Below are positions 37,295 to 52,158 of a stretch of 64,000 nucleotides of DNA, piece after piece. The notes under the pieces are model-generated. The model was not told where the DNA came from and searched no databases. It saw only the letters and a list, made by a program, of their open reading frames with translations. The translations under genes were made by a program, and so were the position numbers. Source of the stretch: Vicugna vicugna (taxonomy: Eukaryota); the NCBI GenBank assembly GCA_013265495.1, contig MU057658.1, positions 10,949-74,948 on the forward strand, in the 5' to 3' direction. Numbering within the stretch: position 1 is the stretch's first letter; every line of letters begins with the position of its first letter.

Positions 37295-40200
37295 GCTTAC
37301 TTAACTTAGAATGACATTCTCCAGGAGCAACCATGTTGTTGCAAATGGCCCTATATTGTCAGTGTTTATGGCCGAGGAATATTCCATTGTATAAATATAC
37401 CACTTCTTTAGCCAGTCATCAGTTGATGGACATTTAGGCTGTCTCCATGACTTGGCTACTGTAAATAGTGCTGCTATGAACATTGGGGTGCAGGTGTCAT
37501 TCTGATGTAGGGTCCCTTCAGGATATATGCCCAGGAGCAGTATTCCTGGGTCATATGGTAAGTCTATTCCTAGATATTTGAGGGAACTCAATACTGTTTT
37601 CCACAGTGGCAGCACCAAACAGCATTCCCACCAGAAGTGTAGGAGTTTCCCCTTTCTCCACAGCCTCTCTAGCATTTGTCATTTGTGGATTTTTGAATGA
37701 TGGCCATTCTGACTGGTGTGAGGTGATACCTCATTGTAGTTTTGATTTGCATTTCTCTGATAATTAGTGACATTGAGCATTTTTTCATGTGCCCATTGAT
37801 CATTTGTATGTCTTTCTTGGAGAATTGCTGGTTTAGGTCTTCTGCCCATGTTTGGATTGGGCTATTTGATTGTTTCTTATTAAGTCATTTGAGCTGCTTA
37901 TATATCCTGGAGATCAAGCCTTTGTCAGTTTCATTTGCAAAAATGTTCTCCCATTCTGAAGGTTGTCTTTTTTTTTACTTATGGTGTCCTTTGCTGTGCA
38001 GAAACTTGTAAGTTTCATTAGGTCCCATTTGTTTATTCTTGCTTTTATTTCTTCTGCTTGGGTAGACTGCCCTAGGGGAACATTTCTGAGATGTATGTCA
38101 GATATTTTGCCTGTATTTTCTTCTAGATGGTTTATTTTATCTTGTCTTATGTTTATCTTGCTGAAGAGACTGTCTTTATTCCATTGTATATTCTTGCCTC
38201 CTTTGTCGAAGATTAGTTGACCAAAAGTTTGCGGGTTCATTTCTGGGCTCTCTATTCTGTTCCATTGGTCTATATGTCTGTTTTTGTACCAATACCATGC
38301 TGTCTTGATGACTGTAACTCTATAGTATTGTCTGAAGTCTGGGAGAGTTATTCCTCCAGGCTCTTTCTTTTTTTCTTCAGTAATACCCTGGAAATTCTAT
38401 GTCTTTGATGGTTTCATATAAATTTTATTGTGATTTGTTCTAGTTCTATGAAATATGTCTGGGGTAATTTTACAGGGATTGCATTAAATCTGTAGACTGC
38501 CTTGGGCAGTGTGACCATTATAACAATATTGATTCTTACAATCCAAGAGCATGGGATACCTTTCCATTTTTTAAAGTCTTCTTTAATTTCCTTCACCAAT
38601 GGTTTATAGTTTTCTGTATATAATCCTTTCACCTCTGTGGTTAGATTTATTCCTAGATATTTTATTACTTTGGGTGCTATTTTAAAGTGGATTTTTTCTT
38701 TACTTTCTTTTTCTGTTGATTCATCATTAGTGTAAAGAAATGCAACTGATTTTTGAACATTAATCTTGTAACCTGCTACCTTGCTAAATTCTTCAATCAG
38801 CTCTAGTAGTTTTGGTGTGGACCTTTCAGGGTTTTCTATATATAGTGTCGTGACATCTGCATGTAGTGACACTTTTACCTCTTCTTTTCCGATTTAGAAC
38901 ACCTTTTACTTCTCTTACTTGCCTGATTGCTGTGGCCAGGATTTCCAAGTCTATGTTGAATAGGAGTGGTGATAGTGGGCATCCTTGTCTTGTCCCAGAA
39001 TTTAGTGAGAAGCTTTTGAGGTTTTCACCGTTGAGTGCTATGCTGGCTGTAGGTTTGTCATATATAGCTTTCATGATGTTGAGTTATGTTCCCTCAATAC
39101 CCACTTTGGTGAGAATATTTATCATAAATGGGTGTTGAATTGTATCAAAAGCTTTTCTGCATCTATTGAGATGATCATGTGATTTTAGTCCTTTCTCTTG
39201 TTGATGTGAAGTATTACATTGATTGATTTGCATATGTTGAACCACCTTTGTGTCCCTGAGATGAACCCCATTTGAGCATAATGTATAATCTTTTTTATGT
39301 GCTGTAGGATTCTATTTGCTAGTATTTTGGTAAGGACATTTTTGCATCTGTGTTCATCAGTGACATTGGTCTGTAATTCTCTTTTTTGGTGGTGTCTTTG
39401 CCTGGTTTTTGTATCAGGGTGATTGTGGCTTCATAGAATGAGTTTAGGAATATTCCTTCTTTTCAATCTTCTGGAAGAGTTTGAGAAGGAGTGGTATGAG
39501 TACTTCTTTGTATGTATGGTAGAATTCCCTGGTGAATCTGTCCAGTTCTGGACTTTTATTTGTAGGGAGTTTATTTTTTTATTGTTAATTCGATTTCATT
39601 CCTAGTGATCAGTTTGTTCAAGTGGTCAGTTTCTTCTTGATTCAGTCTTAGTGGACTGTATGTTTCCAGAAACTTGTCCATCTCCTAAAACGTGTCCATC
39701 TCCTCTAGGTTATCCCTTTTTTTATGTAGTTTTTCATGATATTCTATTCTCATATTCTATATTTCTATGTTATTTTTTGTAATTTCTCCATTTTCCTTTC
39801 TTATTTTGCAAATTTGTGCTCTCTCTTTTTTCTTCTTTGTGAGTTTGGCCAGAGGTTTCTCAATTTTATTTACTTTTTCAAAAAATTGCTTTTGGTTTGA
39901 TTGATTATTTTCTCTATTTCTTTTAATCTCTATTTTATTTATTTCCTCCCTGATCTTAATTATTTCCTTCCTTCTGCTGACTTTTGGGTGTTTTTGTTCT
40001 TCTGTTTCTAGTTCTTTTAACTGGTGGGTTAGATTGTTTATTTGATATTGTTCTTCTTTTGTGAGGAAGGCCTGTATCACCCTAATCTTTCCTCTTAGCA
40101 CTGCTTTTGCTTTGTCACATAAGTTTTGTGTGGTTGTTTTCATTTTCATTTGTCTTAAGGTATTCCTTAATTTCAACTTTGATTTCATCATTGACCCATT

Positions 40201-42925
40201 TTTTTTTTAATAGCATGTTGTTTAATCTCTAAGTTTCCTTTTTTTTCTCCTTTGTTTCTCTGAAGTTGATTTCTAGTTTCAATGACATTGTAGTCAGTAA
40301 GGATGCTTGAGATAATTTCTATCTTCTTGAAATTGTTGAGGCTTCTTTTGTGACCATGTACATGATGAATCCTAGAAAATGTTCCATGCACACTTGAAAA
40401 GAATGTATATCCTATTTTGGGGGGTTGTAATGCTCTGAAAATATCCACTAAATCTAATTTTTCTATTGTATCATTTAATTTCTCTGTTGCCTTATTTATA
40501 TTTTGTGTGTAACATCTGTCTAGTGATGTTAATGTGGTGTTAAAATTTCCGACAATGATTGTATTCCCATCAATTTCCCCCTTTTTCTCTGTTAGTAGTT
40601 GTTTAATGTACTTAGGTGCTCATGTTGGATGCATATATATTAATGATTGTAATATTCTCATCTTGTATTGCTCCTTTAATCATTATAAAATGTCTTTATT
40701 TATCTTTATGGCCCTTGTTTTAAAGTCTATTTTGTCTGAAATCAGAACTGATACACCAGCTTTTTTGGCATTTCCATTTGCATGGAATATCTTTTTCTGT
40801 CCATTCACTCTCAATCTATATGTGTCCTTCTCCCTAAAGTGTGTCTCTTGAATGCAGTTTATTGAAGTTTCTTGCTTTATTATCCAGTCTGCCACTCTGT
40901 CTTTTGACTGGAGCATTTAGTCCATTATCATTTAGAGTAATTAATGATAAATGAGTGTTTATTGCTATTTTGAACTTATATTTGCAGTTGATTTGGTATT
41001 TCTTCTTTGTTCCTTTCTTCTTCCTTTTGTGGTATGGTAATTTTCCTTTGTGTTATCTTGGATTGTATTTAGTTTTTGTTACTCACTTGTAAGTTTTTGG
41101 CTTGTGGTTACACTTTTTTGTAAGTCTGTTAACCAAATATTCTAACTGTGTGTACTAAAGAGATAGTAATTTAATCTCAATCCCATCCTACCGAGAACAA
41201 AAAATTTAAGAAAAAAGAAGAAAGAAAAAATACTCTATATTTTCTTGCTTCCCCTTCCCACTCAATGATTTAGATGTCTTCTTTTACAATTTCATGTTTA
41301 TTCTATTTGTAATTCATGGTAGTTATCACCATTCCAGTTATGAGTTCTCATTTCTGTAGCATCCTGCTTCTTTTCTATTTAGAGTAGACCTTTTAATATT
41401 TCTTTAGCATGGGTTTAGTGTTGCTAAAGTCTTTTAGTTTTTGCTTCTCTGTGAAATTCATTACCTCTCCTTCTATTCTAAAGGATAGCCTTGCTGTAGA
41501 AAGTATCCTAGGCTGCATCTGTTTTTTCATTCAGGACTTTTAATATATCTTCCACTCCCTTCTGGCCTGTAGTGTTTCTATAGAGAAATCAGCTGAGAGC
41601 CTTCTCTTTTAACTCATTCTTTGTTTTTCTCGTGCTGCCTTTAGGATCATTTCTTTATCCTTCAGTCTGGCCATCTTGATTATGATATGTCTTGGTGTGG
41701 ATCTCTTTAGGCTCTTCCTGTTTGGGAACCTCTGAGCCTCCTGTACTTGGGTGTCTGATTTCTTCTTTAGGTTTGGGAAGTTTTCAGTCATGATTACTTT
41801 AAATACCTTTTCCATCACTTTTGTTCTTTCTTCCCCTTCTGGAACCCTTATTATGCATAGATTGGCATGCTTTATATTATCCCATAGGTTCCATATATTG
41901 TTTTCATTGTTTTTTATTTTTTTCTCTCAGCTGTTCTGATTGTGTGCTTTCTGTTGTCCTGTCTTCTAGGTCACTGATTCATTCCTCTGCATTATCTAGC
42001 CTGCTTTGTACAGCCTTTAGGTGAGATCTCATTTCAGCCAATGAATTTACCAATTCTACTTGGCTCTTCTTTTTAGCTTCTATTTTGTTTTTGACATATT
42101 TTATGTCTCTAAACACTGTCTCTTTTAATTCCTTCAGTAATTAGATCACTTCTTTTTTGAAATCTTGATCTAATAGGCCATTAATATCTATTTCATTGAT
42201 CGTTCTTTCAGGGGATTTCTCTTTCTCTTTTAATTGGGAATACTTCCTCTACTTCTTCAACTGCTCATATCTCTCTGGCACTGTGGCTTAAGGAGTATCA
42301 GTTATCTATTGTGGTCCTTAAAGGGGTTTATTTCTTTATCTATCTAAAGCCTATGCTGGAATAAAACTTAAAAATGAGAGAGAGAGAATTCTAAAACAAT
42401 GAAGGAAAAGAAGATTTGAAAAGAGTGAATAATCAATAATAGAATAGCAAGTTGAAGCAGAATAGGAATCGAGTTGAGATGTCTTTTTAAAACCTTAATA
42501 AAAAGAAGAAAATCAAAACACAATATTTAAAACCTGTGAATAATCAATAACAGATCAAATCCAAGAGAATTAAAAATGAAATGAGAATTGTAAATGTATA
42601 GAACTGTTTGAAAAGTAAAGATTAAAAAGCTAATAGAAAATAAATCAGGTATAAAAAGATTTAAAAAACAAAGATGTGTTCTCCTAGAGACTGAACGCTC
42701 TTAATGGTTTTATTGAGAGGTCTTTGTGTCTTCGCCCTGTTTCATGAACTAGGCTTGCTCTGTTGGCCCCCTCGTCTGTGCTGCTCACAGTGTCCATTGG
42801 CAAGAACATTGCGCCCCTCCAACACTGGGTCAGGTGCTGCTCTCCTTCACGGTGGGTGGGTGGGTCACACCCCGTCCAGATGCCACAGTCAGTGCTGTGT
42901 CAGTTGCTCCATAGGTGGGCTCAGC
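37295..42925 (-). mobile_element. Near-full-length decayed lineage-specific L1 (part of 5'UTR, ORF1, ORF2), 3' terminus missing
   Basis: ORF1 piece ENFPNL...TPRHIIIKM (41609-41818); endonuclease CIQETH...KIFHANG...KAGV (40683-40916); [17 protein letters not shown] (38826-39074) with FADD decayed to HADV; C-terminal CTPMFIAALFT. Many stops and frameshifts. Confidence 0.95.
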
Positions 42926-42929
42926 TTCA

Positions 42930-45900
42930 AGAATAACAGGTTTATGGAGATATAATTCACATACCATAAAATGCAGCCTTTGAAAGTGTGCATTAGGGTT
43001 TCATGTACATTTCAGTGTTGTGTAGCCATCACCCCAAAAGGAACCGGTACCCTTTAGTAAGTCACTCCCTAATTTTCCTTTCCCTTAGCCCTCAGCAGCC
43101 ACCACTCTACTTTCTGCCTCTACGGATTTGCCTGTTCTAAGCATTTCATATAAGTAAAACCATACAGTATGCTGCCTTTTTTCATTGTCGTCTTTCATTT
43201 AGTGTGACATTGTCAAGGCTCATCCATCGTGTAGCATATATCAATACCCAAATTCCTTTTTTGTATTCAAATAATATGCCATAGTTAAAAATACACCACA
43301 TTGCTTATCCATCCATCAGTTGATGATGAATAATTCTGCTGTAAATGCTCATGGACAAGTTTCTGTGTGAACACATATTTTCAGTTCTCTTCAGGATTTA
43401 TCAAAAAATGGAATTGCTGGGATGTATTCTACTTTTAACATTTTGAGGAATTACTAATGTAGCTTTTAAAGTTACTGCAGCATTGTATATTTCCAGAAGT
43501 AATGTATGAGGAGTTAATTTTCTCCACATCCTCATCAACACTTTTTATTACTGGGTTTATAGATTGATATTTATATATCATATATCATATATATTTGTCT
43601 TCCTAGTTGGTATGAAGTGGCATGTAATTGTGATTTTGATTTCTGTTTCCCTAATGCCTTGAACATCTTTTTATGTGCTTAGTTCCCATTCGCATGTCTT
43701 CTTTGGAGAAACATCTATTCAAATTCTTTGCACATTTTAATTGTATTTGTCTTTGTATTGTCATGTTTTAAGTCTTCTTTGTCTATTCTGGATAAAAGTC
43801 CCATATCAGGGAAAATTTTGGAAATATTTTCATCCATCCTGTGGAGTGTCTTTGTACTTTCTTGATGAATTTCTTTGAAGCACAGAAGTTTTTAATTTTA
43901 CTGAAGTCCAGTTTACTTGATTTTTTTTTCTTTTGTTGTTTGTGATTTTGGTGTCATGTATTACAAGTATTTGTATTCCAAAGTCCTGAAGATTTTCTCA
44001 TTGTACATTTTCTAAAAGTTTTATACTTTCAGGTCTGTGATTTATTTTGTGTTAATTTTCATATAGGGTGTTAAGTTAAAAGTTCAGTTTTCTTTCTTTC
44101 CAGGTGTATGTGCAGGTGTCCCAGCATCATTTTTGTAAAGATTATTTTTTCCCCATTGGATAGTCATGGCACCTTTGTCAAAAATTAAATGGCTACATGT
44201 AAGACTTTGTTTATGTTCTCTCAGTTCTTTTCTCTCCATCTATTTTTCTGTCCTTTATGCAAGTACCACACTGTATGGATTACAGTTTTGTTAGTGAGTT
44301 TTGAATTTGGAAACTTCAAAATTTTGTTCTTTTTCAAGATTGTTTTGACTATTCTGGGTATCTTGCATTTCCATATTAGTTTTAGGATCAGCTTGTTCAT
44401 TTCTGCCAAAAAGCCAGAGCTGCATTGAATCTATAGTTCATTTTGAGGACAATGGCCATCCTAACAATAATAAGACTTCTGATCCATGAACACAGAAGAG
44501 CTTTCCATTTATTTTAGGTCATTTTTAACTTCTATCAGTAGTATTTTAGTTTTCAATATACAAGTTTCAGACATTTTTCTCAGTATTCCACATATTTTTC
44601 TTAATATTACTAATTATTTTATTTTTTTCTTGCTATTGTAAATGAAAACGTTTCCTTCATTTTATTTTTAGATTATTCACTGCTGTTGAATAGAAATATA
44701 ATTACTTTTTATATATTGATTTGTGTCTTACAATTTTGGTCAGACTGGGTTATTAATTCTAATAGGATTTTTTTCTTTTCTCTCTATTTTTCCTTTGTGG
44801 ATTCCTTGTGATTTCAATATATAATATCATGTCATCTGGAATCAAAACGGTTTCATTTCTTTCTTTCTAATTTAGAGGCTTTATTTTCTTTGTCTGTTTG
44901 CTTTGATTAAAACCTCTAGTACAATGTTGATTTTGGGAGGGAATAATTCAGTGCTTCTGCATTATGTATGATCTTTGCTTCAGGTTTTTCATAGATGTTC
45001 TCTGTCAAGTTGAGGAAGTTCTCTTCTATTCCTAGTTTGTATCCATTATTCTATTAATATGGTGTATTACATGAATTGACTTTTGTATGTTGTACTGCCT
45101 TTGCATACCTGGATACATCCCACTTAATGGTGGTCTATTTTATATGTTACTGTTTTGGATTTGCTCGTATTCTGTTGAGGATTTTTTGCATTTATATTCA
45201 TAAGAGATAGTCTTTAGTTTTCTTGTGATCCCTTTGTCTGGTTTTCGTATCAGTGTGATACTAGTCTCATTGAATGAATTGGGAAGTGTGCCCACCTTTT
45301 TATTTTCAGACGAATTTGTGAAGCATTTTTTGTTTGTTTTTGTTTTTGTTTTTGTTTTTTCTTTAAGTAGTTGATGGAATTCACCAACAAAGCCATACGG
45401 GCCTAGCATTTCTTTGTGTGAAAGTTTTGGATTGCTATTTCAGTTACTACTTACTGTAGGATTATTTGAGTTTTCTATTTCTCCTTGAATTAGCTTCAGT
45501 CATTTATGTCCTTCAAGGAATTTATCCATTTCATCTACATTATCTCATTTATTGGCTGTATAATTATTCATGGTATTCCCTTATATTCCTTGTTATTTTT
45601 GTAAGGGCAGTAGTGACATCCTTCCTTTCATTTCTCATTTTAGTAATTTGAATCTTCTCTTTTTTTTTCAGTACTTGCAAAAATTTGTCAATTTTATTGA
45701 TCTTTTCAAAGAACCAACTATTCCTTTTGTTGATTATTCTCTNNNNNNNNNNNNNNNNNNNNNNNNNNNNNNNNNNNNNNNNNNNNNNNNNNNNNNNNNN
45801 NNNNNNNNNNNNNNNNNNNNNNNNNNNNNTAATTTATCAAAGTTACATCTGCTACCTACTGTCTATATGTCTTTTTTTCCCATTCCTCTATTACTATACA

Positions 45901-48250
45901 TTTTTGTACAAAGTAGGCATTTTCAAGTGTGCCATTTTAATTTGTTTATTTTATCTTTTTCTTCTCCTCCTCCTCTTCTTCCTCCTCCTCCTTCTCCTCC
46001 ATTGCCCTAGAGATTATAATTAACATCTTGTTTTAAAGCAATCTAGTTCACATGCATACCAACTTAATTTCAATATTATACAAAAACTTTGCTTTGGTAT
46101 CAGTCTTTTCCCTCCCACTCCTCATACTGTCACTGTCATATAAATTACACCTTTATGCATTTATTAGCGCATCTTCACAGTTTCATAATTATTGTTTTAT
46201 GCAGTTGTCCTTCACATCAAATAGAACAAAACATTTACATGTAATACTCGATTTATACTGTTTTTTTTTTTTTTTTCTAAAGTTTTAGGATTGTTTTTTT
46301 TTGAGAGTGTCNNNNNNNNNNNNNNNNNNNNNNNNNNNNNNNNNNNNNNNNNNNNNNNNNNNNNNNNNNNNNNNNNNNNNNNNNNNNNNNNNNNNNNNNN
46401 NNNNNNNNNNNNNNNNNNNNNNNNNNNNNNNNNNNNNNNNNNNNNNNNNNNNNNNNNNNNNNNNNNNNNNNNNNNNNNNNNNNNNNNNNNNNNNNNNNNN
46501 NNNNNNNNNNNNNNNNNNNNNNNNNNNNNNNNNNNNNNNNNNNNNNNNNNNNNNNNNNNNNNNNNNNNNNNNNNNNNNNNNNNNNNNNNNNNNNNNNNNN
46601 NNNNNNNNNNNNNNNNNNNNNNNNNNNNNNNNNNNNNNNNNNNNNNNNNNNNNNNNNNNNNNNNNNNNNNNNNNNNNNNNNNNNNNNNNNNNNNNNNNNN
46701 NNNNNNNNNNNNNNNNNNNNNNNNNNNNNNNNNNNNNNNNNNNNNNNNNNNNNNNTTTCTTTATATATTCTTTCTGCCCCTTTTTTTCTCTCCTTCCTTC
46801 TGGCGCTCCCATTATGTGTTATTGGAATTGTTGATGGTGTCCCACCTATCTCTGACACAGTGTTCATATTTTTTCATTCCATTTTCTTTCTGTTCCACAG
46901 ACTGGATAATCTCAGTAGTTTTAAGTTAACTGACTTTTTCTTCAACAAGTTCATATCTACAGAGAAACCTCTTATTGAAGTTTTCATTTTAGTCATTATA
47001 TTTATATCTCTAGAATTTCTAGTTGGTTTTTATTATAAATTTTATTTATTGATACTCTCTGTACAATGAAATGTTCACATAATTTAACCCTTTAGGCATG
47101 GTTTCTGTTACTTTTTGAACATGTGTAATTGCTTATTTATGTCTTTGTCTAGTAAGTCCAGTGTCTGGGCTTACTCAGGGAGTTTCTATTGACTACTTTT
47201 TCCCCTCGGTTATGGCCAAACTTTTCTGTTTCTTTGTAGGTCTTGTAATTTTCTGTTGAAACCTGGACATTTAAAATATTACAATGTGGCAGATCTGAAA
47301 GCCAGATTTTCCTCATCTCCAGGGTTTTTCGTTGCTTCCATTGTCATTGCTGCTGCTGCTATTTATTTAGTTACTTTCCTGAACAAATTCTGTAAAGTCT
47401 GTATTCTTTATCATGCATGGCCATGAGATCAGTGTGTGTGCAGAAAGCCTAGTTGTCATTTCTGTAATAATGATTGGACAGTGATTTCTTTCAATGCCTG
47501 GAGCCAATCGTTTGAGCTGTTGCTAGGTGGCTGTGTGTCTGCGTGCTAAGGGATGCCTCAGCACCGGCAGGCACTCTGCAGCTCTTCCGTAGCCTTTAGT
47601 TCTTGCTTATGCAGAATCTCAAGTTCAGCCAGAGTTGAAGGCTTAAGGTTTTCTCAGATCTTTCCTTGCCATGTGCCACACATGTATATGGCCTTCTACA
47701 ATTCTCAGAATTTTTTGGAGTTTTTAACCCTACCTTCACCCCCAGAACGTCTCATTACTCAATTTTGCCTTCTAAGTTTCCTAGTCAGCATCTAGTTAGC
47801 CTCTACCGGTACCACTGCCTCAGGCAGTTGTAATGTTAAATATTCACTGCTGATTGTTTTCCACAAACACTCTGGGGACAGGCTGTTTGCACAGCATGAG
47901 TTTGTGATAGGTCAAATAGTGACAGCTCTCTGGGGGCGGATTTTTTGGGTAACTTTAAATCACTTCTGCCCCTACCAAATCACTTCTCCCCTACCTTGAT
48001 TGTGAGACTATTGCTTTTAAAGGCCACCATTTAGGTGAGGATAAGGGGATGGGGTAGATCAAGTTACAATGCCACAAAAGTCACTATCTTTATGGAGATT
48101 TAGCTGTTACCTTTTTCTCAAATAAACACTCCCCGGATTGCTGGAAGTCTTGGTTTAATTTCCAGAGTTCTACAGAGGTTAATTTTGACAAATTTTGACA
48201 TTGTCATTACTTCATAGAGGAGTAAGTTTTCCAAGATGTTTTCTCAGATA
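42930..48250 (-). mobile_element. Older L1M (L1MB/MC-type) element, fragmented
   Basis: 3' end tttatggagatataattcacataccataaaa; ORF2 remnants KLILKLIWKCK and GTLPNSFNETSITLIRKPDK; ORF1/5' remnants after 46756. Confidence 0.8.
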
Positions 48251-49629
48251 TTCTAGAAGTGTATCCCATTTGCATTTGTTTTTAGCTGAGTTACTTGCAA
48301 GACTAATTCTACAGCTCCAGCCCCATTCACATAAGAGTCCATCTGCATGGCTTCTCCTACAGGGAGCAGCGTGTAACCTGTTGTCACTTTGTTGTTTCTG
48401 TTATTAAAGTTTAGGGGTTTTTAAAAATATGCTGATGAATAGCCCTTTGTCATTTTTACACGTTACAAATCTTCCACTAGTCTGTGGCTATTTTTTTCAC
48501 TCTCTTTTCGTTGTTTTAATGAAGTTCTCACTTTTAAAGATTTTCAGTATAGCAATATGTGGATGCTGATCACACGGGTGAGGCATTTAACTACTGTCTA
48601 AACCTCAGTCTTTGCTGTGATTTACTGTCTAGAACATCTGAACACATCTACTGAACCCCGTATACCAAAGGATGCTGACAGCCCTAATTAAAAAAAATGC
48701 TTTTTAAGTAAAGCAAAAAATATTAACTTTGACACTGGAAAAGACAAATTTCAAATTTCCTAGCTGATCTTGCTTTCTGTGATCATTAACAACATCATGT
48801 TTATAGAGTCGACAGGCATATTGAGCTACTGATTTTATTTCATCGGATTTTAGAATGCAGAACACATTTCAGGCCCACTTATAGCACCATATGTGTATCT
48901 TTAAAGATATGTACTGATGATGATGACTTTATTATAAGTACCTTATTTTATTTTAAGTACCAACTGCTGTTAACCTCATTAAGGAAATTTTGGAACTGCA
49001 GAGCTGAAATTTTTCATACCACCATCATCCCGTAGCATCTCTTTTGCACTTAGATGTTGTGTGGCAGAGTATTTTTCTGCTCCCTAGAAATGATCAATGT
49101 TGAAGGGGAAAAAAAACCCTCCTCTAATAAATATATTCCAAATCACACACTTATCTGAACAATGGCCATCATTTTAGTCCACACCAATCCATCTACTCAT
49201 ACTGACTCAGAGTCCTCAACACAGACAATCCACCACTGAAGTCAGGGTCCTCAGCACACGTTGTATCCCCTCCCCATTCTTTGTTGTTTCTGACCTACTT
49301 TTGTCCAACGCGTCCTGCCAGTCTCTTCGCTGCCTGACTGCAGTTTTTAATTTTTACCTTTGAGTTCCGGGCTGCGCCTGTTAATTTCCAGAGAAACGCC
49401 AGACACCTGGCTCATCAGGAGGGGCAGGGAGGATTTCAGGAAGCGGTTACCCTAACTCACTTGCAGATCAGTGAGTGGTTGTTGTGAGCATTCCTTCTAG
49501 ATCTCTGCCATGCCGACTACATACACTCCAGCAAAATAACGTAGCTCCTCCACCCATTTCTGCCTCCATTCATCTGGGTTTCTGCTTTCAGTGGCACTCA
49601 CATGCTGCTGATGGGCATTATATATATAT

Positions 49630-49860
49630 ATATTTTAATTGAATTATAGTCAGTTACAATGTGTCAATTTCTGATGCACAGCACAATGTTCCAGTCATTC
49701 ATGTACACGTATATTTGGATGAATTCCTTTTCATATTCTTTTTATTAAAGTTTATTACAAGATATTAAATATTGTTCCCTGTGCTATACAGAAGAAATTT
49801 AGTTTTCTTAGCTATTTTTATATATATTAGTTCATATTTGCAAATCTCAGTATTTGATGG
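49630..49860 (-). mobile_element. Short L1 3' end
   Basis: ttttaattgaattatagtcagttacaatgtgtcaatttctg...ccctgtgctatacagaagaaa. Confidence 0.75.
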
Positions 49861-52158
49861 GTATTTTTTTTTTTCTGATGAGTATTTTTAAAGCCACATG
49901 GAACCCTTGCTGCAGAAGAGTCTGAGAAATTTATTTTCAACCTCATAGCCTTTTGGTTAGGAAGTTGGAATAAACGCTGAGCTGGCTCACCTAACTTGTC
50001 TGCCTTTGTGAGTAAAGAGGTCAGGAGTTTCAAGGCCCAATGAAATGTCCCAGCCCTTCAGTAGCAAACTTAAAGCAACCAAAATGCTCCCATCTGCCAG
50101 AGCATGACTTGTCTTTAGACACTGCTGAACATAACCACCAACGCTGTCTAAGGCATCGTCTTCATCTGGTGCACACTTTCTTTAGATGTGTAATATCCTG
50201 ATTAGCAGGACAAGCTGGTTTCGAATCCCAAGGTCACAGGCAGCCTTCTGCCTGACTTTGGTGTATGTATGTTCATTGAAGAGTCCTCTCTCAGATCAGC
50301 TAGAGCTGCCTGGTGTGTGGTTTGCCAGAGAATGTGGGTGCAGTGCTCCCCACCAGAGTCCTACCAGTTGTTTTATTGCAGGAAGAGAGAGAGCAAAAGA
50401 GACAGAACAGGAAGTTCTTGTCCAGCCTCAAACACAGTCACCCCCGCCCAGGGCCCTTGCTCTGGGACACACAGAAGTACAGATCAGCAGCGATGTGGCC
50501 CCGGTGTACTCCAAAACATGGTGTGGTTGTACTGGGCTATCTGTGTCTTTCATGGGCCCTGCAAAGTTCTCGGCTTTGTGAAATGGGGAACTAAGGAACT
50601 CCCACCCATGGCTGTAGCTCCCAGGGTTTGCACCCTTACGGGTTTTGAGGATTTGCTGGCAACTCATTCTTTTTCACCAGGTCATTTCTCGGTTACATGG
50701 CAGCCCTCTGACTTCCTAATCAGAACTGCTCCTTAAGTTCGGGATTTAGTGAAAGATGCCATTTTAGCCTGTAAGTTCATGTTCAGGGAGGAGGAGGAAG
50801 ACAGCACAGATCAGAATTGCTGTTTTGCTTTTTTTTTGTTGTTGTTTTCATAAACCGTCTCCTGTTGTTCAATAGACACTGAGCAAATGAATGACTGTTA
50901 CACTCCCATTTGAAGGATGAGGAAAATGACACTCAGGGAGAAGAGGCAAATTTCCTGAGATTCCAAAGACAAAAACGGATGAGCACAGAATAAGATCCCT
51001 GCAAATTTCTTGGCTGTCATCATCAGCCTTTAGGTCACTGACAGAGTGCCGTGTGTAGTAGTAAAGATTTAGTGTGCTTTTAGAAGGGTGCAGATGTTCT
51101 TTTTTTGTTGATACAATCACACTGTTTTGTCTGGGACTCTGAAAAAGAGAAATGAGTTAGAAAATGTTGGTTTCTCATCCTTGGTCCTTCCTCTCTCTCA
51201 CAGATATGGACCCTTCCATCTGTAGCAGGAATAAGACAGCCCCAGCCTTCCCATCTCATGAGATCAGTACTCATTCATTTCATCCCTGCCCACCTGTAGG
51301 TGATAAAGCACAGCATGATTTTCATGTCCTGCTTCACTGATTCTTGTGAAATTAGGTGTTTGAAGATAGAAACTCATGAAAGGAAGCTGCTTTTTTTATA
51401 TAAAGTGCAGTAATTTTCTTAGCAGAGAAGGAAATTGAGGATTTTCTTCATTTAAAATCAATAGAGATTTCAAGTGCATCTGTATTTCTGATGCATAGAT
51501 TAAAATGACAAAATCTATAGGGATTACAGAAACACAAGGAAGATACCAAAAGTGTCTTTAAAGAGCTTTTCTAAGACTGGGCTTTTAAAGAGACTGTTAA
51601 CAGAGACCCTCTTCTCACCCATAGTCCCTCTCCTTAGGTTGGAAAGGGACAGCGTTTCCCCTGTGTGCAGTCCTGGTGCTTCAAGTGAGTTGTAGGGTAG
51701 GGCTGTGCACATGGTGCTGCCTTCAGTTTGTTCATCCTAAGTAACCCCTGGCAGTCAAAGGACGAGTGTGTTGCAACGACATGAACCAGCTGCCACGCTC
51801 TCCGGGGTGTGTGCTCATCTCAGCTCATCCAGGCTCAGGTGATGGCAGAGCAGAGAGTGGTGGCAAGAGGTCAGCCATGAGTAGCAGGGAGCAACTGGGG
51901 TCAGCTTGGACCCAAGTGGCTAGGAGTTCCAGGTGGAATTCCCAGGACTTCCCCAAGCTCATTCATTCAGCTAATACTTCTCAAGCACCTGTGATGTGCT
52001 GGTGCTTCAGTTGTGAACAGAACCAATACCCTGTCCTCATGAAGGTGACGTTCTAGTGGACATGAGGAATGATACACGCAGAAGCAGATCCAGGTCAGGA
52101 CACATGGGTGCTGTCTATTTTGGAGTGCACAAGGTGAGATCCTTTGGGAAGGAATGTA

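Noticed and set aside
37295..42925. Active L1
   Set aside because: ORFs are fragmented, the RT catalytic motif is decayed, and the 3' end is lost.
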